Source of the DNA: Rhynchopus sp. YZ270_cl-10
Taxonomy: Eukaryota
DNA: 64,000 nucleotides
Direction of reading: 5' to 3'
Assembly: GCA_964035575.1 (NCBI GenBank)
Contig: OZ037834.1
Location: 434,001 to 498,000, forward strand
Shown one piece after another: positions 48,001 to 59,069 of the stretch (its first letter is position 1; each line of letters begins with the position of its first letter). The position numbers and the translations under genes are program-made. The notes below the pieces were generated by a model. That model saw nothing but the letters and a program-made list of their open reading frames with translations, did no database searches and was not told the origin of the DNA.

Positions 48001-51000
48001 CCAGCAACGTTCCTCTCCGCAGTCACTGATATCATCGCGGGCCCACCCGACGAGAGCACGCAGACACTAACCTTCAACCTTGTACCGGACAAGCCGTTTC
48101 TATTTTCGGATCCACCGAAGATCGACCCCACTTCAGGGTCGCTGACATTCACCCCAGGGCCTGACCAATGTGGGAGCACGGTGGTATCAGTGCAGCTTGA
48201 CGATGGCCAACCATCTGACAACCTGGCGACGTGCCAAATGACGATCAACATTGTTCCTGTCAACGACAAGCCCTCATTTACGAATGTCGGGGAGGTGACG
48301 GTGAATGAGGACGTGGGGCCGACGTGCTCACAGTGGGTCAAGGTTGCGACTGCGGGCCATCTCGAAGACTTCGACCAAGGCACCTGCGCACGCCAGACCG
48401 TCAGCTACGAGGTCCAGGTCTCCTCCACCACAGAGGACCTCTTCCTCGTCAGCCCCACCATATCCTCCACGGGGGTGCTCTGCTTCCACCCGAACCCAGA
48501 CTACTGCGGGACTGCTACCGTCGACGTCGTGATGGTCGACTCTGGCGGCGTGACCCACTCCGGGGTCGACAGGTCTGACAAAGAAACCTTCACCATAGTG
48601 GTCGCCTGCATCAACGACGCACCTTCCTTCAATAAAGGCAATGACCTGGTAGTCTGCGAGGACGGAGGCCCACAGCTTGCCCCGAATTGGTGCACTGGGC
48701 AGATCCCTGGACCACTCATCAACGAAAACTGTGCACCGAAAAACCAAATTCTCACTTTCAATGTGGTGGCATCGCGGCCAGAACTCTTTGTAATACAACC
48801 GAAGATTGACCGTGATACCTGCAGTCTCTCATTCACCCCCGCTGCGAATGCGAACGGTGTCTCCGATGTGACAATCACACTCTGTGATAATGGTGCCTCC
48901 GTCCCTCCAAACGTCAACTGCGCCGCCCCAGAGGTCTTCACCATCAACATCAAAGCCATCAACGACCAACCCACCTTCCGCAAAGGCGCGGACGTCAGCG
49001 TCCTCGAGGACGTCCCACCACAGTTCCTCCCTGCGTGGGCGAAGGACATCAGCCGGGGCCCAACCTTAGATCCTGGGAGTGAAAATGCCATGACTCTCGA
49101 GTTTATTTTGACAGCGGAGGATCCTTCACTATTTAGTGTCCAACCTGCGGTAAATCCAGCGAATGGGGACTTAACCTTCACTTTGGCACCAAACGCAAAC
49201 ACAGATACTGGGTCAACCAGGGTGAATATATGTTTGAAGGACAATGGAGGAACGTTCATCACCTCCCGCAACGCTGTAGCATTGCAGAGCAACCCAGGTA
49301 CCACCTCCTGCCCCAACGGTGTCGACATCCTCTGCGACGTCTTCCGCATCACCATCAAGCCCTGCAACGACCCTCCTCAATATCTCCAAGCCCCCGACGT
49401 AACCGTCTCAGAAGACTCCGGTCTCCAAGAACTCAACCATTGGATGCAACAGCTCGCCCCTGGACCAGATGACGAACGGCATCAAATCCTCAAGGTCGTC
49501 CAACTCATAACCCCTGCAGACAAAACACATCTCTTCACAAAGCTGCCTACCCTCGCGCAAGGAGACAACGGAATTCTTTCTTTTACCCCCGCACCCAATG
49601 CATATGGTAGAGCTACCATTACTATCGTCCTTCAGGATAATGGAGGAACCGATGACAACTGTATCGACACTGCGAGGAAGACATTTGACATTATTATTAA
49701 CAACGTGAACGATGTGCCGACGTTTACTCGAGGCCCTCATGTTGTGGTGAATGAAGATGTGGCACCGTACGCAGCGCCGTGGGCGACGGACATCTCGCCA
49801 GGACCATTCGAGGAAACACAACCCGTGAATTTCATTGTGACTGCCGCGATTCCAGGGTTGTTTAGTGTGCAGCCGGCGATATCGCCGGAGGGGGTGTTGA
49901 CGTTTACCCCGGCACCTAACGCGAATGGGTTGACCACTGTTGCCATATCGTTGACAGACACAGAGGCAACCAGCGCAGTAATCCTAGCAACAATCGAGAT
50001 TCTCCCTGTCAACGACCCACCTACCTTTGACAAAGGCAACGACGTCAGCGTCATGGAAGACTCCCCACCAACATGCCTCCAGGGCTGGGCAACCCGCATC
50101 ACCCCAGGACCAGACAATGAACAGGGTCAGACCGTACAGTTTGTGCTCACTCCACGTACCCCGGTGCTTTTCATTTCACCTCCGACATTGGATCCTACAT
50201 CCGGGGATCTCTGTTTCACTCTTGCACCGAATGTGAACGGCGACGTCTTGGTTGATATTGTTGCGTCTGACAGTGGGGGTATAGCGAATGGTGGGGTGAA
50301 CACTGCATTGCCGATTCAGTTTATGATGCACATTACTCCGGTGAACGACCCACCTTTCTATCTAAAGGGGCCAGACATAACGGTTCTCGAGGATTCACCG
50401 GACCTAATCTTTGAAGGCTGGGCATCGCAGATGACTGCAGGGCCGTACGAAAGCACGCAAACATATGTGTTTGCGACGTTGAACACAGATATTCAGTTGT
50501 TCTCCGTCCCGCCAAAGGTGTGGGAGAACACAGGGGATCTGGTCTTCACGCTTGCACCGAACCGCAACGGAGAGACCAGGGTGGACCTGGGCATAAGTGA
50601 CAACGGTGGCACCGCCAATGGAGGTCTCATGTCTTACACAAACTTCTTCTACATTACAATCCGCCCAGTGAACGACCGTCCACTCTTCACAATCGGAACC
50701 GATATTCAGGTATTGCAAATCATTTTTTTGAGCATATTGGTGTGGCTGTATAGGGCTAGGGTGTATACCCAGAAGGACCCAAGAAGTACCCAATTTACAC
50801 CTAATTTTTAGGAAAATCACACCACATATCAGATGTAAACCACGAAATGGATGGTAGGACTGGGTCTACCCCGGTACACCCGATCATTTGTACCAAGGTA
50901 CACTGTTCACGAGAGGGGGGAAAGACATAACAAAAAACAAGAGCACAGAGCAAAAATATCAAACAAACTTCATTAATAACCCATTCAAACATCTCTCCAC

Positions 51001-52651
51001 CACCCAACAGACGAATGAAGTCAAATCCAACACAATCAACACCGTTGTCCGCCCGCAGTGGGCATCTGGGATGTCTCCTGGCCCTGCGGATGAGATAAAC
51101 CAAAAGGTATTTCCCTCCTTCCACCCCCCCAACCCTCCATAGACCACATGCCACCCATGGGAGAGGGAGATCTCGTATAATCAAGAAACGTCCCACCCCT
51201 TTCCGCATGAGCCCGACTGAGATGTCGTTTCAGCGCGTTTCAAACTACTCTTTGCTACGTCACAGTCTCTTTTGTTTTTATCATCAGATTCCTTTAAAAT
51301 TGACATTTTAAGCGAAGGTACATCTCATCTAAATACACAATAGGCTATATCCCCAATGAAACCCGCACCTGATATATCAACCATACCACATCCACACACA
51401 TCCACACAAACACAGCTCCAATTCCTCACAACCGTGGACAAGCCTGGGATGTTCGTAAAGCTCCCTGAAGTGTCGATCCCTAATGGTGACCTTACCTTCG
51501 AGGTCGTCCCCGATGTGAACGGTGTTGTTGTGGTTCAGGTTGTGCTCCAGGACGACGGTGGTACTGCCAACGGCGGCATCGACAAGACGGACACAGCAAG
51601 CTTCAAGATCACCATTGTCAGTCTCAACGACGTTCCCTCCTTTGTGCCTGGAGACCGCGTTCTTCGTGTCCCCATCAACAGCGGGCCCTACGAGCTGCAG
51701 TGGGCTACACAGATCACCGCAGGACCTGCTGATGAAAACCAACTGGTTCACTTCTCCCTTAATGTTCTTCGGCCTGATCTTTTTGCAGCAGATGGACAAC
51801 CACAGCTCACACCTGATGGACGTTTGCTTTATACCCCTGCACCAGGTGTTATCGGGAATAGTAGTGTGATTGTGACTGCAGTGGATTCAACAGGGTTGAC
51901 ATCGTTGCCGCAGGAGTTTATCATCCAGGTCTTCAACCCTGCAGAAACGCCGCTCCCTTCGCGGGCACCAGAGTTGAACTTCTCTGAGGATGACCAAGGC
52001 TTTCCTTGGTGGGCGATTTTGCTGTTGGTGTTGGGGGTGCTGCTTGCACTGTGCGCCTGCGGGGCGTTGGCATGGTGGCTCCGCAAACGCCAGAAGGAAG
52101 AAGAAGAGGCGGAACTGGAAGAAGAAGAGATTCGTCGCCATCAACAGGTTTACGGAGTCGATTCAGACATTAAAGAAGCAGGACCTGCTCCATCTGACAC
52201 AGCGACCACTATCTCTGGGCAAGACGACCCAACCCGCCACCTTGCCGTCAACCCCATGCACACCAACACAATACAAGAAGTAAACCCGATCGACAACGCA
52301 TTTTCAGTGTATTCGTCTAAGGCCCCTTCACTTCGCCAGCAGCAGCCGATGGATTACCCTGCACATCGTGGTCGGTCTGCTATCTCCGCAGGGGACCATC
52401 AAATGAACGCCAATGGAGGCAATGGAGGTGTTCCTGCCTACTCTGTGCATCATCAAGAGAGCGGCCTGACCGCAGGCCACAATATGTACAACACCACCGC
52501 CCCAGCCTCCATGGGCTACCCTGAGAGCGATCCTGACGTAATGATTTTCCCTGCGCAAGGCAACCCTGAAGGGATGCACACCACACAACCCCAAGCACCA
52601 ACGATACAAGCCCTCCAGAATAACCCTCTTTATTATGGAGCATTGGGCTGA
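45064..52651 (+). CDS. ~2,325-aa type I membrane protein with ~17 cadherin-like/Ig-like (VNDxP) repeats; exons 45064-50709, 51011-51106, 51416-52651
   Basis: Signal peptide MVWRALFAVCVVLVLPPVAG. Recurrent (V/I)ND(P/A)PxF, EDxG, GxLxFxxAP and DDGG motifs. GT-AG phase-0 introns keep the repeat register. TM helix FPWWAILLLVLGVLLALCACGALAWWL followed by RKRQK and a cytoplasmic tail. Confidence 0.9.
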
Positions 52652-54519
52652 ATGTTGGGGCAAAAATAGGGGTTTTTTTTGGGTTTTTGGGAATTTTTTG
52701 TTAGATGTGTGCACGTAAGGCACATTCATCTTTCAAGGATTTCTTTTCTTTTCTTTTTTGTGTTAAAATGATGAAAGATTTGTGTTCATTTGGGCGCTAA
52801 AATGAATTTTGGATCTTTCGTTACAAGTTTTAGTGTGTTTGATTTCAATTATTTGTCAAAATTATTCCAAAATGTGTTAGATATTTTTGTTTCGTTTGTA
52901 AAAAGAGATGGACTAGGCGCCCTTCTTTTCAAAGGAAGGGTGTTTTTTTGTTCTGTCTTTCAGAAAAAAAAGCAGGACAGTGAAGACTGTCATCTATGGC
53001 AACTACACTAATCCAACAAAATTAATTAGAATTGCCAAACAAGCAAAACAAACAAAACAAAAAAAAATAGTTTTTTTTAGATTAGATAAGTTCGATTGTG
53101 TTTTTTTTCCCTTATCCCCTCATATCCCCTCACATTTTTCACATACGTTTGTTAGATGATGTGGCACAGTGAGGGGCTTTCGTTTTGCAATTTTCTCTCC
53201 ACACCAAATTAATATGCTTTTCTTTTCGGCAAGAAAAAGAAAAAGAAACTTTGAACTTTTGGACAGTGGAGATTTGCACAACTGTGGCAACACAACCGAG
53301 GCAACTACACCAATCCAACAATTTATCAAAGAAAAAGAAAAAGAAAAGCAAAGGTCAAAGCAATACAGAGAAGAACCAACCATTTTTTGTTTTGTTTTTT
53401 TACCATCTTTTTATTAACCCCTCAAGCGGTACTTCTTTTGTACGTCTCACAAAATTTAAAAACCCCCCTCGCGCAATGTGATCAGAAATAGCGGTATCCA
53501 CGAAACGAGAGATAGGCGAGGAAAAGGCTGCGGTGGAGTTCACACGAGAAAAAAAAAGCGAGGTGTCTACACGTCATCAATTTTTCAAATAAACACAAAA
53601 AAAAAAAGCAAGCCAACGATTGATCTCGGACAAATGAAGCATTTTCCCCCCATTGAAACATTTTCCTCACTTTGCGCCAGAAAAAAATATGCAAAACAGA
53701 ATTTTTATTTGGCTGCGTTCAACGGGAGGAAAAGAAACTTTCTTTTTGTCTTACAAATAGATCAGTTAACGGTTGCTTTTTTGGCGGATTTTTTTGTGGA
53801 TGGATCTTTCATTTATCTGGCAGCGTACAGTGGGTCAGTCGGAGGGGTGCCTGCATCAACAACTTCACTTTTTTTCTCATCTATTTAAGGTAACTAAGCA
53901 CGAGAGGCTGAGGTTCATCTTATAAACTGTTTCCCCCCTTTTTTTTTTTGGTTTTTTTTTTTTGAGCATCTTCCCCTACACCCTTCATTTTCTGTTTTCC
54001 TACAATGGAAGACAGAACATTAGATTTTGTTAGCCGTCAGGGCACACACACACACACAAGGTGGGAACTTATACTTCCCTAACTATCCCCCCCTACGAGG
54101 TGTACCTAAGCACAGAGAGAGGCTGTAGGTACATCTTTGCAAAACTGTTCTTGTTGTTTTGTTTCTTTTTTTTCTTTTCTGTTGTTATTTCAATGTTAGA
54201 TTTGCCTCCACCATCCCCCCACTATTCCCTCGCAATGTATTTGCTATTAGAACAAAAAAAAGGCAGCACATATTTTTTCTCTCATTGATTTTTGTAGTTG
54301 TATCTGATGTCGTGACTAATAGGGGTAATTCTTGTGCAGAATTTGGCTTTCATGTGTGTGTACGTTTCACCACAGCCTCTCCCATGGGGGGGTTTTTTTT
54401 TTTCGTGTGATGAACCCACCTAGGAATATTCCTTTTTTGCTAACTTTTTCGTTATGAGGAACACTTTTATTGATCCCTCCTCCTATGCTATCAATTGAAC
54501 GCATGTTGGCATACGTTAT

Positions 54520-54576
54520 TGGTGTGGCTGAAAGGGGTTGCTATTTTTGTGCTATTTTGGGTAGTCGGGCACACCA
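54520..54576. mobile_element. 57-bp micro-MITE with 10-bp TSD (Mutator-like TSD length)
   Basis: TGGTGTG...CACACCA flanked by CATACGTTAT at 54510-54519 and 54577-54586. Related sequence at ~60148-60269. Confidence 0.75.
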
Positions 54577-54669
54577 CATACGTTATCATAGTCACCTTTC
54601 TCCCACCCCCACATCACAACACACCCTTGCAGGCGGCACACAATGTCACTTAGAATCACACAGCCGCAG

Positions 54670-57600
54670 ATGATGCGGGCCACCAAGGCGGCGTTGGCGG
54701 CCAACCCTTACTACCACATGCCACGTAACGTGACGCGCACGGTCATGCGCGAGAACTGGAGGTTCACTGGACGTTTCCTCATGCTCTCGCAGCGCGACCA
54801 GCAGGAGTACACCTACAGGAACTACTCCTATGGAAACTTCCCGCTGTGGTGGCACTGCCACTTCGACGCGATGTTCCTCACCTTCCTCGGAGCCTTCATC
54901 GTTGTGTCGTACCTGTCGGCCGGTTCCTGGGCGTTCGTGCGCGCATTGGGTGGAGGTGCTGGACACGTATGCATCACTCCCACTAATAATATCACAAAAA
55001 AAAAAAAAAAAACACACACAACAAATTTGCAACGAAAAACCGTTGTTTTCCTTTTTATTCAGTTGTCATATTCTAATTTTTTTTTCCTTACACGTAGTGT
55101 TATTAGAAACTCGAGTAATAAAGCCAACGTTTAATCGCCTGATACCGACTATTTTCTCCTCCCCTTTAAAAATCACTTGCGCCAAAATTCAGATCTCATA
55201 CACTGTTTTTGGCTGCGTTCAACGAAAATAATCTTCCCCCCTTTTTCTAGTCGAGTAATCAAGATCAGTTGGCGACTGTAAGAGTCGAGTTTTATTAACG
55301 TAACGCCCTTTTTGGTATCAGACGATTTTTTTTTTAATTCCGATTTCTCATCCAGGCCCCAGCCTAACCATCGACCCATCAACCCATGTTTTTGGCCCCC
55401 TTTTTTTTTTTTTTCCATCGACCCATCAACCCATCGACTCAGGTACCCGGGTCGATGGGTCGATGGGTACCGGGTTGACCCAGGGTTTTTTTTTGGGATA
55501 CCATCAACCCGGTAGGGGGTGATGGGGAATTTTTTGAGATACCATCGAGCCGGACTCAATTGATCAAACGTCGAAGGAAAAGGAAGCATGCAGCATGGCG
55601 AAAGGAAAAAAGTAGCGTACCGTGCGCCTGCGGCGCAATCTTGCATCACACCCTTCCCATGACATAGTTTGGCAGTAAAAATGTCCAAGTTTAAGCGCAA
55701 TTTTTTGAAATGTTGCGTACCGTGGCTTCGCCAGGAACCTTTGGGTGACATGTCGCCATTTCTTTTGTAAAAAAACTGAGGTTACTGATAATTCGTGCAC
55801 CATGTGTGCCTGGTGCAAATATGAATGAAGTGCCGAACTCCGTCGTTGGATCACCGAGGAACTCTCACATTCCGCCGGAGGCCCCCAACTTGAGCTGGGG
55901 TGGGGCTCGATTGAGTTTTCTTCTTGTGACTAGCTTGTCAGCGGAGAAAGCTCGGGAAGCACTAGTAAAAATCACTTTTATCTAACTCAGTGAAATAAAA
56001 CTCGTGTAATTTTGCGGATTACCCACAAAAGTGAGTGGTATAATATGCCCTTTTTGTCACTCAATTTGAACCTAAAATGCGTGGGCGAGTGAAAAAAAGT
56101 ATCACTCAGTGAAAAAAAGCACTTTTTCATCACCCCCCTTAAACACACTCAAACACTGCCAAAAACGAAGAAGGACAGGATACATGACACTTACGGATAC
56201 CAAGTCTCAGCGGGTATGAGAAGCAAGGAGGTGTACAAGAAGAAATGGGACGAGTTCTTGCGGCTTTCAAACCTCCGTAAGCCATCCTGCTTGGGCGAAG
56301 AACATTTCGCTGTCTACTTTTATCATCTTCGCACTGTGCGAAACCTGGCAACCAGCACATGCTGGACTACTCACAGCATGTACACAAGTACCTGGAAATT
56401 GAGACCAGGCGTATCCCAGGTTGACCTCTCATTGAAGACGACGTCGAAAAATGAGCAACAGAAGCAGGCCTAAGCCTTCATACCGAGTGATCTGGTCCGC
56501 TTCGTGTGACACGGACCTCGACAACGACACGTACTGGCTTGTGAGGAAGTCATGCATCTCAGTAAGGTTCTTCGGTGGATTGCGTACTGCGATCTTTTTT
56601 CTTGCTTTTAATTGGGCACCCAAATACCCACGGGTACCTCAAAACACCTCATACCCCTGCCAAACATAGTATTTCGTAACAAAAAGGGCATATTATATAC
56701 TCACTTTTATAGGTAATCCGCAAAATTAAACTCGTTTATTTCCCCGTTAGATAAAAGATCGTATCTGATTCAAAAAGCGCACTTCATTCACCTCGGGTGG
56801 TGTGCTTCAGAGTTGCATGCTCCATGGCAACTCGCTGCGCTCGTTACCATGAACCATTTTAGTACACTCGCTGCGCTCGTGCACTAAAATCGGCAACTCT
56901 GAAGCACACCACCCTCGGGTGAAATAAAGTGCACTTTTTGTCATCAGATAAATAACTATGTTCTCTCTTTTTTTTTTTTTTTTTCCCAAATGGGTCGATG
57001 GTTTTGGCTGAGGCCCGGAAGTTAGGCTGAGGCCTGTTCTCATCAAAGAAGACAATAGAAGAAAAAAATACACCAACACAACAAACAGGATCAATTCATG
57101 CAAGTCGTGATGAACTGCGGAATGAAGGGAACCTCCCCGGGACCGGTATGGGCCAGTTTTTTTGCATCTCTTCTTTTGAACTAAATCAGCAGAGACCTTC
57201 GGATCTTATTTGCCAAATTTTTTTTTTTTTTGTTGTCTTTTTCAGAGCGAACGATATCATGTCACTGACATGCTTTTTTTGTGATAATTTTTTTTGCATA
57301 AAAATTCCATGTCAGTGACTTGCTCTATAGCATCGTCCTATTCCATGCTATATCATGTCATTTTAACATAATCTTTATTTAGGGGCATCCCAGAATAAAA
57401 TAGCAACCCTCATTAAAAAAACTGCCGATTTTATGTTGTCTACAACCAGTTTTAGGGACATGCAGTGTACAGAGTCAATGTAGATGCTTCAATGCAACAA
57501 ACGAACAACAACAAAAAGAGACTCACGTAACTAACCTGTTATTTATCATGTCTTTGGCATCTACTTGGTCCCTATGTGCACTATAAGAAACAGTAATTGG

Positions 57601-57764
57601 TACTGCAGAAATCCAAAATATTAAGTACGACTACGCGAAGAAGTACGCAATATGGGGTCGTCAGGAGCACCAGTAATATATTAAAAAAAAATCCCCCAAC
57701 ACACACATAGGTCTGGTTCGAAGAAGAGGCGAGGCAGAAGAAGCTGGGACTGTTCGCAGAATAA
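54670..57764 (+). CDS. Small (~116 aa) membrane protein, possibly mitochondrial; exons 54670-54966 and 57711-57764
   Basis: MMRATKAALAA presequence-like start right after CAG. Hydrophobic segment AMFLTFLGAFIVVSYLSAGSWAFV. Donor CAC|GTATG and acceptor ACACACATAG| give in-frame VWFEEEARQKKLGLFAE*. Confidence 0.65.
55353..57036. mobile_element. hAT-type non-autonomous element with 8-bp TSD, carrying nested insertions
   Basis: TIR CAGGCC(C/T)CAGCCTAAC. TSD TTCTCATC at 55345-55352 and 57037-57044. CCATC(G/A)AC subterminal repeats. Confidence 0.85.
55975..56756 (+). mobile_element. Crypton-like element with ~80-bp TIRs and a tyrosine-recombinase remnant
   Basis: TIR TTTATCTAAC...AATTTTGCGGATTACC...TAATATGCCCTTT. 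Peptides SKEVYKKKWDEF...EEHFAVYFYHLR...STCWTTHSM and DTYWLVRKSCISVRFFGGLR (first catalytic Arg box). Stop and frameshift present. Confidence 0.65.
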
Positions 57765-59069
57765 GCCCCCCAACCCTGAGGGACGTCCATCTTCATAACC
57801 CCTCCCCCCCCCCGCCCCCAGCTTTTTTTCCCCTCGTCGTTCAGCAATCCCCTCTTTTTTTTTTTTTTGTTGCACCTCATTCGCCCCTCCCTTAACACTC
57901 CTTAAGGGGGAAGAAGGGGGGGGGGGACAAGGTTGCTTGTATCAATCGATCGTTTATGAAGATGCATCGGGAGTGTGTAAACAGAACAGGGGAAAAGGGG
58001 AGGGGGGAATGGTGTAGGTTATAGGGGAGGTTATTTTGACATATTTTTTCTTTTTTTCTTTTTTTGGTCTTTATATGAGGTCTTAAGAACCAATATTCGG
58101 GGTGATTTTTTAAAAAGTTTTGTTGTTGTTGCAAAAAAAAAAATAAAATTGAGGCAAAAAAAAAGACATAATAAAAAATGAAGTACCCAGTCTTGACGAG
58201 AGACTGTTGTGTATTTCTCTTTCTTCTCCCCCCCTTCACCTCCCCCTTCACGTCCACACCCTGGATAGGACTAGGTTTTATATGAATATTTGGAGGGGGT
58301 CCCTCAATTCGGTACAGAGACAACAAAAGGGGAATTGTATGTTTTTTTTGTTTTGTTTTGTTTTTTGTTTTTTGTTTTTTTTTTTTGCTAAGATCTAATG
58401 AGAGGAGAAGTGTTATGTTGTTTCGTATTTTTTTGCAACAGCACTCCAGTCTCTTTGTTTCTTAATTATACACAAATAGTTTTTTTATTATAAAATTTCT
58501 GTTCTTTCACCAAGCACAAGAAAACCACAACCACGATTTTTATTCTTTGTCAATATAATTCCTCAGTTTAGCTGTAAAAAGATGTGTTTTTTTTTTCGGA
58601 GTAATTTTGTTTTGTTTGAGATTTTTTTTAGAAGAAAATTTCAAGATCTAAAACCAAAAAAGAGAACATGCAACAACAAATGAAAAAGTCTTGGAGGAAG
58701 AACAAAAAAAGGGGAGGCTGAACCCCCACACTCACTTTCCCCCTCCAGCACACTTCATCTATTACCTCCGGCTTTTACCTCAAAACCGTCCTACAAACAA
58801 CACCCCTTCCGACAAGGGAAAACATACCAGAGTGTTCTTCTCTGTCAATTTATCGAAGTTCGAAACATTCACCACCCACTCTCATCATCTAACCCCCTAT
58901 CCCATTTATTCAGGAAGCTGGGAAGTGTGTGACACACCCCAACACACCCCACCTCCCCCCTAACATATAACACGGTTCACCTATTTGAACCCTTTGTGAT
59001 CAACTAAACGGGTCATAAAAATCTACACAATATTTTCCCCCTGAAATCAACCGCCTTTAAGTTGCAAAG

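Noticed and set aside
50710..50811. ORF-track C-terminus VLQIIFLSILVWLY... as a membrane anchor
   Set aside because: It is read-through into an intron (CAG|GTATTG). The repeat continues in frame in exons 2-3, which hold the real TM helix.
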